A stretch of DNA of 64,000 bases from Octopus sinensis (Eukaryota): NCBI RefSeq assembly GCF_006345805.1, contig NC_043013.1:53010001-53074000 (forward strand), written 5' to 3'. Below, piece by piece: positions 42,592-56,647 of the stretch. Positions within the stretch are counted from its first letter, which is position 1; each line of letters begins with the position of its first letter. A program made the position numbers and the translations under genes. A model generated the notes under the pieces. That model was not told where the DNA came from, did not search any database, and saw nothing but the letters and a program-made list of their open reading frames with translations.

Positions 42592-42970
42592 AAAAGAGGA
42601 TAGCCTCTAACAATATATGAAGGTAAAAATACACTTTATATTTCGGGTGGAAAGGCTGATCTTCTCAATGATACAGTCAAAGATGTATATGTCTGCGTAG
42701 ATCCTGCCATTATGAATAGCCGGATGAGTTGTGATTCCGTTTTAGCCCGGTGCGTGTCGTAGGAGTGGCAGCTCCCTAACAACCCCATCATTTATAAGTA
42801 TGCTGCTACTAGAACAAACACCAGACTAAAACAGTCTCGCTGCACATCCGGCTATTCAAAATGGCGGTGTCTACGTAGCGGCGCATTTGTTTCATTCATA
42901 GATGTTTGCGCCCGAAATATAAAGGTTGTTTAATCTTTCTGTATTGTTAGAAGCTTTCCTCATCTCTCAT
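42592..42970. mobile_element. Degenerate foldback element with about 140-bp inverted arms
   Basis: tctaacaata..ctttatatttcggg and cgtagatcctgccattatgaatagccggatg on the left mirror catccggctattcaaaatggcggtgtctacg and cccgaaatataaagg..tattgttaga on the right. Confidence 0.6.
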
Positions 42971-44621
42971 TAGATGCGATATTATATCACGTACAGCACG
43001 CTGCTTCCTCAAAAGTTGGTTCTAAGTTTGTTTTAAATCACATTCGATTTGCGCGAGATTGCATCTCCTTTACGCTGTATATACATCATGTTTAATCAAC
43101 AACTGACGCCATATACACCATCAACAAGACACGAATATCTTTTATCCTTTTATTGCTATAGTCATCGGAAGTATAAAGAAACCAACAATAGTTGTCAAGC
43201 GACACTGGAAGACAGGGTACTAACACACACACACTCACACACGCGCGCACACACACACACACACAATCTCCAGTGTAGCTACAGGTTGATACAAAAGCAC
43301 TCAATCATGTCTACATTACATTTACGTAAGAAGATGTTTTTATTCCTTTGTGACTTCAAATTTACATACATACATACATATAAATATATGTTAAATAAAA
43401 TGATATAACAATATGATATTTCTAGGACATGTATGAAATAAAAGTTAGCCTTACAGCTGTTTCAGGTATATAAAAATTATCCCACCATCAGAGACGATAT
43501 GAGAGTATTTCATTAAAAGGAAATAGTAGAGTTCATCATATAAGTATTTATTCTTGAAAGGGAGAGATACAAGAAGTATAAAGGGAAATATGAGAATAAA
43601 TATATATTTTGAATGTTAAAGTTGCCCTTCCAATATCCAAAGAATGTGTTGTATAGAATGGGTGAAGAGGCTTCTTGTCCATGGTATGTAAATTCCGATA
43701 GGAGTTCATATTTTGTTATACCAAAAACTAAATATATACAACTGGCTTCTTTCAGTTTCTGCATACTAAATCAACTCACAAGGTTTTGGTCGGCTCGGGA
43801 CTATAGAAGAACACATCCAACGCACCACGCAGTGGGACTGAACCTGGAAGTATTTGGTTGGGAAATAAATTTCCTATCACACAGCCACGCGTGAATCTGC
43901 ACCTTCCCCAATTTCGTAAGAAACCGAGTATTTGGACTTTGAATACATTAAAATTCTGGTATGTACCACGCAACACATTGCTGTGAAGGGAATAATGTTT
44001 TAACACCGAAGTTTTATTTTCGATAATCCACATTCCTTCTTTAGAGGCAGGTTTATTTTATCTGCTATCCGTTTAATTAATGACACAGTTAAACTGCATC
44101 CCAATTTAGAAAACGTTAATTAATCAGGAAATTAAATTTGGATTTTCTCTCCGACATTAACACAGTCTCGCCTAAACGAATTAATAAAATATTAGACAGC
44201 TGCCGGTGTTCATAACGGGGTTGTTTAACATTTTATGTTTCATATCGCCTCTGGTGTCAAGAGATATAAAAAGCAAACAGACGTAATTAAGCTTCACCGG
44301 TCTCAGGAGAGGAACTACTTTACAATTAAGGATTGCTACTTTGTTTCAAGGCCGTGAAGTAACAGGCCCTTTAGGTAGTTGGATAGATTATCTGGTATTA
44401 TTTGTTCCGAATCTAGCCGTTCTGAGTTCAAGACCCATCCGAACAACTTCCTCATTCATCTTACCGGGGTCGATAAATCAGGTGCCTATCCAGAATGTTG
44501 AAAGTGCGGAATTTTTTGTGAATCGGTGAGATGCCTCGCGCTGTGAATTATAATTCACAAAACTGTGAGCGGGAGACCAATAGCCTAATAAGTAACCAGA
44601 CAATATATGTATATACGTATA

Positions 44622-44670
<49 letters not shown>

Positions 44671-44782
44671 AGTAGATAAATGGTACAACAAGGCACCAAT
44701 ATTTAGTGGAAAATATTTTTTTGTGAATCGGGCGAGATGTTTTATTTGTATTGCATTATTATTTTCATATATATATATTATA

Positions 44783-44861
<79 letters not shown>

Positions 44862-44954
44862 GCATATATATGCATATATTTACATAAATATATGTATGTG
44901 TAAGGATATGAAAATATATACTCACACAGGTGTGATTATAGATCACGTGGTTAC

Positions 44955-45285
44955 GTGAAGCAAGTGTCTTTTACTATAGCCTCGAGCCGACCAAGGCCTT
45001 GTGAGTGGATTTGGGAGACGGAAACTGAAAGAAGCCCGCCGTATATATGTATATATTTATGTATGAGTCTATATGTTTATGTATGTATGTTTGTCGTCCC
45101 AACATCGTTTGACAACCGATGCTGGTGTGTTTACGTCACTGTAAGTAAGCGGTGTGGCAAAAGAGACCGATTGAATAAGAACTAGGCTTACAAAGAATAA
45201 GTCCCGGTGTCGATTTTTTCGACTAAAGGCGGTGCTCCAGCATGGTTACAGTCAAATGACTGAAACAAGTAAAAGAATAAAAGTA
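44955..45285 (+). mobile_element. SINE family B (headless)
   Basis: caagtgtcttttactatagcctcg...ggtgctccagcatgg...aagtaaaagaataaaag. Confidence 0.85.
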
Positions 45286-45320
45286 TATATGTATATATTA
45301 GATAAACACACACAGACACA

Positions 45321-45401
<81 letters not shown>

Positions 45402-45919
45402 GAATATATATATGAAAAAGAATACAAAAACTGGAACATGAACGTAACAGGTGACAACAAAACATCTGGACAGTTAGACGATGTAAAAAAAGGACAGGAA
45501 AAAAACAACGATAGGCCATTCGGAGCTACCTATCTTCAGTCGAATTCCAGATCGTCTTTGCAGTTTCGGCCGGTTACACTCGAGACTGTTCCAATCTGGC
45601 TTGCCCCAAGAAAATCTAAAATAAGTCCACTAGACTCCTTGCAAGAAAGCAAGCGAATGTATACGAAAACAAGAATGGAAAAAAAAACGGAGAAATGTTA
45701 CACAATTACAAATACAAAAACAACAGGTGTCTTTCGACTAAGGACGAATTAAATTAAGCTGGCGTGTATGGAGTGAAGCCTAACGGTAGGAATAAGAAAG
45801 AGAGAAAATGAAGAAAAGGGACAGAGTGAGGTAAAAGAGGAGGGAAAGTGAGAATGAAGGAAAGGCCACACGAAGAACTACATAAACCAAAAACTACCTA
45901 TATATATATATATATTATA

Positions 45920-45964
<45 letters not shown>

Positions 45965-46012
45965 AGTGAAGGCGCATAGCTCAGTCAGTCATAACCGAAG
46001 GGAGTCTCAGCA

Positions 46013-46075
<63 letters not shown>

Positions 46076-46147
46076 GACAAAGATAGATAAGTAGATAGAT
46101 ATATGTTTGTATATATATATTATTAGTATTTATATGTATGCTAGTAT

Positions 46148-46536
46148 GGATGGAAGCACTCCGTCGGTTTCGACGATGAGGGTTCCGGTTGATCCGAATC
46201 AACGGAACAGCCCGCTCGTGAAATTAACGTGTAAGTGGCTGAGCACCCCACAGCCACGTGCATCCTTAACGTAGTTCTCGGGGATATTCAGCGTGACACA
46301 GAGAGTGACAAGGCCGGTCCCTTGAAATACAGGTACAACAGAAACAGGAAGTAAGAGTGAGAGAAAGTTGTGGTGAAGAGTACAGCAGGGATCACCACCA
46401 TCCCCTGCCGGAGCCTCGTTGAGCTTTTTAGGTGTTTTCGCTCAATAAACACTCACAACGCCCGGTCTAGGAATCGAAACCGCGATCCTATGACCGCGAG
46501 TCCGCTGCCCTAACCACTGGGCCATTGCGCCTCCAC
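46148..46536 (-). mobile_element. SINE family C (tail type 3)
   Basis: Same head and body; tail ...gtgtcacgctgaatatccccgag..aatttcacgagc..gacggagtgcttcc. Confidence 0.85.
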
Positions 46537-47079
46537 TGTATGCTTATATATGTATGTAGACACACAAACAACATCTATCTACATATCAATCATTTATATA
46601 TATATTTGACGGGCTTCCGCATAGTTTCCACCTACAAAATTTACGTGCAACGAACTTGTCTGCCAGGATTTGTATTAGAGGACTCTTGGTGAGGGTGCTT
46701 TGCATGGATCTGAACAGAAAACCACAAGATTTCCAAGCGGACTTCTTAGTCACACAGTTCAGTAACACGCGAATTGAGAGGGAACTGGTTCAACTTGATA
46801 CAACGTTGAACGCCAAGAAAGACGTAGCCACCGGAATACTAACAGCTATGTATATTTACCGAAGCATCTTACCTCGTCTCGTATACTGTGTTCGAATCTT
46901 TGAGAATGGACGTTGCCATTAACAGTAGTGGTTATATTACGGCATTTTCTGCGTTCGTTTCTATTAGCACCACGACAAATACAGAAATATGAACCACTTA
47001 AATATAATCTGCAAAGACACCTACATACGATCATCTTCAAAACACAGACACAGACACAAACACGCACACACAAACATGG

Positions 47080-47121
<42 letters not shown>

Positions 47122-47162
47122 GTATAAATATATATACATATCTGTATATATATATATGTATG

Positions 47163-47202
<40 letters not shown>

Positions 47203-47211
47203 CATGTGTCC

Positions 47212-47243
<32 letters not shown>

Positions 47244-47914
47244 GCACACATATAAATATTAACTACACACGGACTCCCATACGTACGAACCGGATATACT
47301 GATGTAGAAAATAATGGATTCTAATGGAATAGATTAAAACAATCATTCACGAAATTTGGCAATCACAATTGAATAGGATGACCCGACCTTTGAGGTCGAA
47401 ACAGATGTCACCTTATTCCAGCGTAGCAAATCCTTAAACATTTACTCCATCCTAAATTTATGAATAATATACTACCTTTTTGGAGCTGCCAATATTAGTT
47501 ACGTGCAATGCAAACCTATATAGTGTAGATAGAATATATATAGCGTATATATAATGTATATTGAGCGTTGTTGGTAATAGTTTATCAGTTTGGCGATTGC
47601 TTCATTATCGTTTGAAAGCTGGCACGATGCCATCGATCGATCGCTTATTACTGATTAGTCGGTCGGTTATAAGCGGCCTGCTTAGATGAGCAATTGTTTC
47701 ATAATAAAACTGAAATAGTCTATTAAAGCTTCAGACTTCATTGGAGAAATACAAACCTGAACACAGCAGCGTGTCAAATTGCAATTATACTTAGTGGTGA
47801 GAAAATGATAGAGGCGTGAATGTATTTTAGAGGATAGCTTGATAGATAATGATATGGCGTGTCACTGTGTCTAAGTTTGTGTCTACATATACAATGTGTA
47901 TGTAGGTAGAGGTG

Positions 47915-48061
47915 CAGGCGAGGCCAACTTTGCTTGCCAATGACATGGTTCGGCTGCAGTCTTATTGCGTGTTGTCGTGGGCTAATGTGTTCTACTGAAG
48001 CCCCGAGCGAACTACAGGCTTGTGAGTGGATTTGGCAGAGGGAAACTGAAAGAAGCCCGTC

Positions 48062-48097
<36 letters not shown>

Positions 48098-48640
48098 CAA
48101 AGAAATTCCAACTCTGTTTTTTGTTTTATTTATATCCTTTATAATATTAATGTAGAATATAGAACACATAGTATAAATAATATATATATATATATATATA
48201 TAGTAAAATGAAATAAAGTAACGATTGTCTTAAAAGACAATCAATACTTCATTTCATTTTACTACATATTATTTATACTATATATTCTATATTCTATATT
48301 AATGTTAAAAAGAATATAAATAAAACAAAAAACCGAGTTGGAATTCCTTTGAATAATATTTATCCCTCTATACACAATAATACAAACCCCTTTATATATA
48401 TATATATACATATATATATGAGTATATATAAAGACGTGTGTGTGTTTTTCTATCGGTGTTTGCTACCACCTTACTGCCTAACAACTGGTATTTGTGTTTT
48501 TACGTCTCCGTAATTTAAGAGACTGATAGAATAAGTACCATGCTAGTAAAAAAGAAGTACTGAGTTCGATCCCTCCGACTAAAACTTTTTCAAGGCAGTG
48601 CCCCTGTTTGGCCGCAGTCTAATGGCTGTAACAAGTAAAA
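47915..48640 (+). mobile_element. SINE family B split at its (AT)n by the 48.1-48.4 kb palindrome
   Basis: Head and CORE-like part at 47915-48065; degenerate tail at 48420-48640. Confidence 0.7.
48092..48360. repeat. Long AT-rich palindrome (about 130-bp arms, 4-nt loop)
   Basis: Centre gattgtct-taaa-agacaatc at 48223-48242; arms extend to tattattcaaagaaattccaactc / gagttggaattcctttgaataata. Confidence 0.8.
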
Positions 48641-49096
48641 GCTAAACGATATAACGTATATCAGAATACTGAAGTGGTGTGTGTGTGTGTGTGGTATATT
48701 TGTGAGTTTGTGACAGGGAAAGAAACACCTTTGTGGGGAACTGTGCCGCTAACGTGTGTATCAGTTGTGTGAGTAGCAAGCGTGTGTGAATGAGTTAGTG
48801 TTTGTCTCAGACACCTCTTACGTGTTACTGATAATCAGTACTCATTAATCCTGTAAAGGGTTTAGGGTGACTTTTGGCGCCTCTGCTGGGTGAAACCGCA
48901 TAGTTTTAAACAAAAGTAAACACTTCAGAGAATGTTTGCCAAGTGTGTAAACGAGGCAAATAAGTTTTACCGTTGGCGGTCAACCGGTAGAAAAAGAAGC
49001 ACAGAGTCATACACACACGCTCGCTAGAGTGTTCATGTATATATATATATATATATAATATATATATATATTATATATATAATATATATATGTATA

Positions 49097-49135
<39 letters not shown>

Positions 49136-49233
49136 ATATGTATATATATATTATATGTATATATATATACATGGACACTCGCGCGCGCCCGAGAGAGAGA
49201 GAGAGACAGACAGATAGAAGCAGAGGGAGAGAG

Positions 49234-49272
<39 letters not shown>

Positions 49273-49632
49273 CAACTATATATATATGTGTATGTGTGTG
49301 TGTATGAGTTGCATCCGCACAGTTTTCGTCCACTAAATTCACTCAGGAGCACAAGGCATTGGTCGGTCGGGGTTATAAGTGTAAACACTTGACCAAGGTA
49401 ACACGTTGTGCTAGTCAACCCGAACGCACGTGATTCCGAAGCGTTTTTTTTTTTACCCAGACTCCCTTGCGTCTTCCTCTCTTGCTATTTATCAACTCGC
49501 AGCAACCGTTGTGTAAACAGAAGCCAAATAACTTCGTCTCCACTTCTGGGGCACATGATGGCTGTTGTTGTAGTTGTTGTTGTGATGATGCTGTGATTGA
49601 TGCTGCACTTACAGTTGCTGTGATTCGTGTTG

Positions 49633-49666
<34 letters not shown>

Positions 49667-50289
49667 AGTTTTGCTACTGTTACTGTTGTTCTGCTGTTGT
49701 GATTATTACTGACGCTGTTGTCACGGTTATTCTGTTCTGATGTTACCCGTGCTGTTCTTGTTGTTATGCTCTTGTGTTGGTGTTGCTGCTACTGATGTGC
49801 TTGTTGTTGTTGTTGTTGTTGTTATGATACTGTGTAGGTGTGGTTGCTATTTTTCTTGTGACATTGCTATGGTGTGCGTTGTGGGTGGATGTCCGTTATA
49901 AGAACTAGGTTGTTGGTTTCGTTGATATCATCCCGGAACTGAAATGTTGCCATGGAAACTGGTAAATTGGAAAGAGAATTGAGTAACTTCATTTTTGATG
50001 AGTATTTGTTTTTGTTTTGTTTTTTGTTTTTTTTTAACATATTAAAAGCAGGTGCGTGTTAGAGTTATAGCGTGTTCTAGTGACACTGAGCTGGATAAGC
50101 TTACACTGGGATTTAAAAGCATCTACGACAACAGGTTAGAGCAGAAATGGTGGTGGTGGAGAAGTGGTGAGAGTGACAGAAATGATGCTATGCCGTTTAA
50201 TGAGGACAATGATGACGACGAGGATGTTGGTGATGTTGAAGACGATGCTGTTAATGTCAATAAGCAAGCAATAGTGGGTGTATATATAT

Positions 50290-50525
50290 ATATTTTTCTT
50301 TGCTACCCTACACGGGGCTAAACACAGAGGGGACAAACAAGGACAGTCAAAGAGATTAATTCGATTACCTCGACCCCAGTGCAAAACTGGTACTTTATTT
50401 ATCGACCCCGAAAGGATGAAAGGCAAAGTCGACCGCGGCGGAATTTGAACTTAGAACGTAACGACAGGCGAAATACCGCTAAGCATTTCGCCCGGCGCGT
50501 TAACTTTATGCCAGCTCGCCACCTT
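50290..50525 (-). mobile_element. SINE family A, full length
   Basis: Reverse complement of head, core and tail. Confidence 0.9.
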
Positions 50526-50584
50526 AGTGGGTGTATATACAAATCTACCATATGCAACACATGCACACACACACACATATATGT

Positions 50585-51070
50585 TGGCACAGGAGTAAGT
50601 ATATGCTAAGGATTTTTCTTCAGTCACATGGTTCTTGGTTCAATCCCTTTGCGTGGCAACTTATAGCCTCGGGCCGACCAAAGACTTCTGAATGGATTTT
50701 GTACATGGAAACTAAAATAAGCCCGTCGTATACAGGTGTGTGTGTGTGTGTGTGTTGGTATTTGTATATTTGTGTATGTGTGTGTGTGTGTGTGTGTTTG
50801 ATTTTGTGTGGTTATGTGTATGTGTGTGGGGTGAGTATGTGAATGTATTTACGTCTGTATTTGTCCTCCACCAACGCTTGATAACTCTCGTTGGTGCATT
50901 TACTTCCCCGCAACCTAGCGGTTCGGCAACAAGGAATTACAAAATAATCACCAGTCTCTACAATTGAAATACTACTATTGAAATCGACAATATAGTCGAC
51001 TGAAGGTGTTCAAGTTGGTGCCCCAGCATGGCCGCACTCTTATGACTGATACAAGTAAAAGATACAAAGA
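50585..51070 (+). mobile_element. SINE family B (degenerate)
   Basis: Head, tatagcctcgggccgacc, internal (GT)n, tail ccagcatggccgc...caagtaaaaga. Confidence 0.7.
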
Positions 51071-52059
51071 CATGTGAGCGTGTGCGTGTGGGTATGCATA
51101 TGTGCATATATATTTGTGTTTATGTGTGTGTGTCTGTGTGTATCTATATATATATATATATGTATGTATGTATGTATAAATGTATTTACAGATATACATA
51201 GACACATACATACGAATATGCGTGCATGCGTAAATACATGTAGGTCCTTTGGTATGAAGTTGTATATCTGTGTGTGGGTGTGCCTGTATGTCTGAAGCAT
51301 AAAACTGTGACTTCTCAAAGGACAAAAGAGTAAAAGAAAGTCCAGCTTCAACGCAAGATACTTTGAATTCCAATTATTTCCATTGAATTGTCGACGTTGT
51401 TAGTTTGGTCTACAGAACAAGAGTTCTTTGTACAAAATACTCTGTAATCTTAACTTAGTGAAACCAAGTCTATTTATGGCGGAAGAAAACAGCTCGTTCA
51501 CACATATATTGGAAGTGATTGTATAACACAATGAATATTTACCTTCGTTTCAATGCTTCGTCTTTATAATAAATGTGACAGAAACGAAATTTATAATTTA
51601 ATTAGTCATAAAGATCAGCCTCTAAAATTTTTCTTCTTCGTGTTGTATATTTTGTTTTATCTGAATTTAACGTCGAGGAAGAAATAAATATGTAAAGATA
51701 TATGAGAATTTAAAATAGGTGTTCCACCTTCACGATGGTGACAATGTGGAGTCATTGTAAGTGTGTTTCGAAAAGTGGGCCGAGGGGAGGATAGATAAGT
51801 AGCAATACTATAACGGATAAAGAGAAAAACGGATATATACGTGTGTGCATATGTGTATGTATTTGTACATGCATATATAGGTACATATATATATATATAT
51901 TTATATATGTGTGTGTGTGTGTATATATATATGTATGTATGTATGTATATATATATATATATTTATATATGTGTGTGTGTGTATAACACATACGTCTATA
52001 TAAATATTTATTTATATATAGTTAGGGTATGGTAGGAGAAGAGAGAGAAAGCGATAGAT

Positions 52060-52290
<231 letters not shown>

Positions 52291-53171
52291 CAAATACATG
52301 TAACTATATATGTATATATAATTAGAGAGAGAGAGGAAGAGTGAGGAAGGAAAGAGAAATAGAAGAGAGAGAGAAAGAGAATTTCTGTATCTGCGAGTGG
52401 TGGGCAGAGGCAGAACCTTAGACAATAGAACAGACGTATATAAAAGAGGGAATGAAGAGAAGAAGGAGTTGTTTGGGAAATTTATAAAGTAATAACAAGA
52501 ACAAAAACCATTGAATGTGTGAAGACGAAATTTGAGATGAAAGAAAGTGTTGAAGACGCTGGTCGTAATGATTAGCTCAGCAAAATGGCGTCCGTTTCAT
52601 ATAATGGTGAGACTTATTTTCCAATTAGATTCTTCAATATATATACATGCATACACATATAGGCGTGCATGTGTATGGATATGCGTATGTACAGTCATGC
52701 GTGCGTGTACATACATACATATATGCATTCATGCATACATACATACATATATGCATTCATGCATGGTATATACATATACAGTAGATATGTATATCAATAT
52801 ATAAATCCCCGTGTGTGTATTTGTGAGTGTGTGTATGCTAGTGTGTTCGAATGTATGTATGTGTATGTATGTAGGAAGCTTAACGTTAATAGTTCGGTAA
52901 AAGTTTAGTCACACACAACAACGCACGCACACATATATACTATAATGCATACAATATTATATATTCTGTACATATTATACATACATATATATATTATGCG
53001 TTTATATGTACAATATGTTAATGTATATTATGTATAAACCATTGCAAAGGCTTCCTTATGCGATATGTGCTTCATTGAACGACGGGATCCAATTATTGGG
53101 AGGACATCAATTGGTAGATTACACTTGGCGCTCTTTATACACACACTCACACTCACACACACTCACGCGCG

Positions 53172-53203
<32 letters not shown>

Positions 53204-53461
53204 CGCTGCGACTTCAATTTTCAACTGTTGTCTGATCTCCGGTCCAAATAATTATGTACATAATTTACGATTTCACAATATACATTATTTATAACTGGTT
53301 CCAGTGTCCCTTTACCAATTCCATATTAAATTCCATTTTCCATTCCAATAAAGACATATCATCTGAGGAGATTTGCCATTTTTGATGTCTCTCTGAGAGT
53401 TATTATGTACACATACACCCTCACGAATATTTGTGGATACCGATATGTAGGCATGTGCATA

Positions 53462-53532
<71 letters not shown>

Positions 53533-54061
53533 TATATAGAAAGGAGAGAGAGAGAGAATTAGAAATGGGGTTAAGCTTAGGTGTTATTCAAATCTTTTTA
53601 CTTCCGACATATGTTTCAAAGAAAACATTGATATTATTCTTGAGAGTATACAATGATGTAAAACAATGTAATCCTCTCGTCAAGGAAAAAAAGAGAAACA
53701 TATGTCGGCAGTATAAAGATTTTAATAACACCTGCGTTTAACTCCATTTCTTAATTTATCAATGTTTTTGAAAAACACTTTACTAAACCCTGCAACTTCA
53801 ACCTGTTTAAGTGCGATTAACATCCTTGATACATGTGAATTTTTGCTACTACAGTAACTATTTGTTTATTTTTTCCGTGTTATTTGTACACACTGAAAAA
53901 TACACATGCATTTACATATACATATACATACATATATATATATATTTGTATGTGTGTAGCTTATATGAAGAGTTCGTTGTCTGTATTGCTTCTTTGCTAT
54001 CCTCTTGCTTATAAATGTAGACTGATATTCAAGGGCTCTTTCTGAACAAGTGGTGTGTATG

Positions 54062-54113
<52 letters not shown>

Positions 54114-54373
54114 GTGTGTGTGTGTGTAATATAATATATATATAAAAAAATTTCAAAAACGTTCATCAATTGGCCAGCATAACAAAATACCCTTTAAGGT
54201 GAAAATTATAAGCAATTATAAATAATGGCAAAAGAAAAGAATATTCTATGCCAATAGACTTTAGAAATAGACTTTAAATCGTGAATCTCCGCATACAATA
54301 TACATCACTATAAAAAAACACTTCGTGCTGAATCGAGAAATGCAAACTAACAGAAATTTTTTTAAACGCTTTA

Positions 54374-54432
54374 TCTCTGTATTGATCAATTTCAGGATTA
54401 ATCCAACAGATTTTTCACCTCATCAGCAGAGA
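54374..54432 (-). ncRNA. Type I hammerhead ribozyme candidate (HHR-2)
   Basis: Minus strand reads TCTCTG-CTGATGA-GGTGAAAAATCTGTTGGATTAATCCT-GAAA-TTGATCAAT-A-CAGAGA. Helix I is a perfect 6 bp, the core is canonical, helix III is the perfect palindrome ATTGATCAAT, triplet AUA. Helix II is bulged (G.U, G-C, inner AATC/GATT hairpin). Confidence 0.72.
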
Positions 54433-54723
54433 ATACGATAAGAAATAAATGAAATACTTGCAAGAACTCATGGGAAAAATCAGAAGCAAAAGTCATGTGT
54501 ACACATAAGCACCCCAGATATATTCAAATATAAAATTCTGTAGCGAGCCTCGGCAAGTTGTGTAATCGGTCAGGAACCAAAACTTAGAGTGGTCACCAGT
54601 CACGAAATGAATGGTAATAAATTTACTTCTAATATAGGATAAAATTTTTTCAAAAAATTTCATCAATATATACATATATGTATTATATAGAAATATATAT
54701 GTATATATACATGCATGTATACA

Positions 54724-54781
<58 letters not shown>

Positions 54782-54954
54782 TGTGCGTGTGTCGGTGCAA
54801 GTGACTAATATAAGATATCGATTCAGAAAGTCATGCTACTGTCGCATTATACTTCTCTTGAGGGTTCCGTTCTCCATCGACTTAGTAATTAATGAAGAAA
54901 TAGGAACCTGTAAGTCGTCCATGTAACGGAAAATCCAGAAAATCCAAGCACGTA

Positions 54955-56213
54955 CGAGGGGCGTTCAATAAGTAATGCCCCTGACCCACTTCCCATACCA
55001 GTAGAGCAACGGAACTTGGTACAGTTATTGGTCTTTTTCTACATAGGAACCACTCAGAGTTACGCATTTCTCCCATTGTTTGATCCAGCTCTGGAGACCG
55101 TTTTTGTAAAAGACCCCCAGCTAGGTCCTCCATCCACGACGTGACTTTAGAAATCAAGGCTGCATCATCTGGGAAATGATTTCCTTTCAAAAACAACGTC
55201 ATGGCAGGGAAGAGGTGAAAATCAGAGGGTGCAAGGTCAGGAGAGTAGGGGGTGGGGGAGGAGTTCATAGCAGCACGCCTGTGCTTCTGATCTGGCGACA
55301 CGCGAGTTGTGGACCGGAGCGTTGTCTTGCAGGAGGAAGATGCCTTCGCTGATCTTGCCCCGCCTCTTGATTTTGATAGCTTCTCTTAATTTCCTCAAAA
55401 GTGAAGCATAATAGGCTCCTGTAATTGTGGTACCCTTTGCCAGGAAATCTGTCATCACTACTCCGGCCTGGTCCCAGAAGACTGTGAGCATGACCTTGCC
55501 AGCAGAGGGCTGCACCCTTGCCTTCTTTGGAGGAGGTGAGTCACGGTGCTTCCACTGCATTGACTGAGCTTTGGTCTCTGGATCATAGTGATGGACCCAG
55601 GTTTCATCCTGTGTAATCTGTCTTTTGAAAAAGTTTGACTCATCTTCTTGGTACGTCTCCAAATTCATCCTCGAGCACTCGACGCGTTCTTGCTTCTGGA
55701 AAGTTGTAGGCAACCTGGGAATCCATCTGGCAGACACCATTTGCATATGCAAATGGTCATGAATGATAGTTTCCACTGACCCGGTACTAATCTTGACCTC
55801 ATGGGCTATTTGGCGAATAATTATGCGTCGATCTTCCAAAATGGCAGCCTTAACTTGACGGACAGATGCCTCATCAATGGCAGAAGGGGGTCGACCATGT
55901 TTGAATTCACGATGTCAGCGTTTTACAAGGTCATATGATGGAGCATCATCACCATAAGTTACTTTCATTTCATCAAAAGTCTCCCATGGTGTGCGTCCTT
56001 TCAAATACAAAAACCGGATCACTGCTCGACACTCAACAGGCTCCATTTCACACTTGACTCTGTTCAAACACCTGTAAATCAGAAGCCATAATTAGTTCAG
56101 AGCTGTAATTTTTCACCTAATCTATAGAGATAAAGGTAATTGCACATGCAAAATTTCAGCTAGATCAAACATCTGGAAGTTGGTTAGAGGCATTACTTAT
56201 TGAACGTCCCTCG
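54955..56213 (-). mobile_element. Full-length mariner DNA transposon (DD34D)
   Basis: TIRs CGAGGGGCGTTCAATAAGTAATGCC / GGCATTACTTATTGAACGTCCCTCG, TA duplicated on both sides (54953-54, 56214-15), length 1259 bp. Confidence 0.95.
55025..56046 (-). pseudogene. Mariner transposase pseudogene
   Basis: MEPVECRAVIRFLYLKG..., WIPRL, ITQDETW, FWD, LLQDNA, HPPYSPDLAPSD, YVEKDQ*. One TGA in place of the expected W, a short in-frame deletion after FKHGR, and two frameshifts in C/G runs. Confidence 0.92.
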
Positions 56214-56647
56214 TATATGCGTGAATTTATATGTGTGGATGTGTCTCTATGTTGCCCGGATGAATACTGGACTTACTGTAGGCTGCCCACTGCTGCAAAG
56301 CCGTCAGCCGTGTATTCTGTAGAATCTTTAAATCACCTGCTCTTTTGTTTCCTGTGTATTTACACTCATAACACTTTTCTACATCACTTGCTTATAGTCT
56401 TATGTTTTGTATTTACTATTTACTCTTTTACTTGTTTCAGTCATGGGACTGTGGCCATGCTGGAGCACCGCCTTTAGTCGAGCAAATCGAGCCCAAGCCT
56501 AGTACTTATGCTATCGGTCTCTTTTACCGAACCGCTAAGTTACGGGGACGTAAACACACTAGCATCGGTTGTCAAGCGATGTTGTGGGCGACAAACACAG
56601 ACACACAAACATATACACACACATACATACATATATATATATATATT

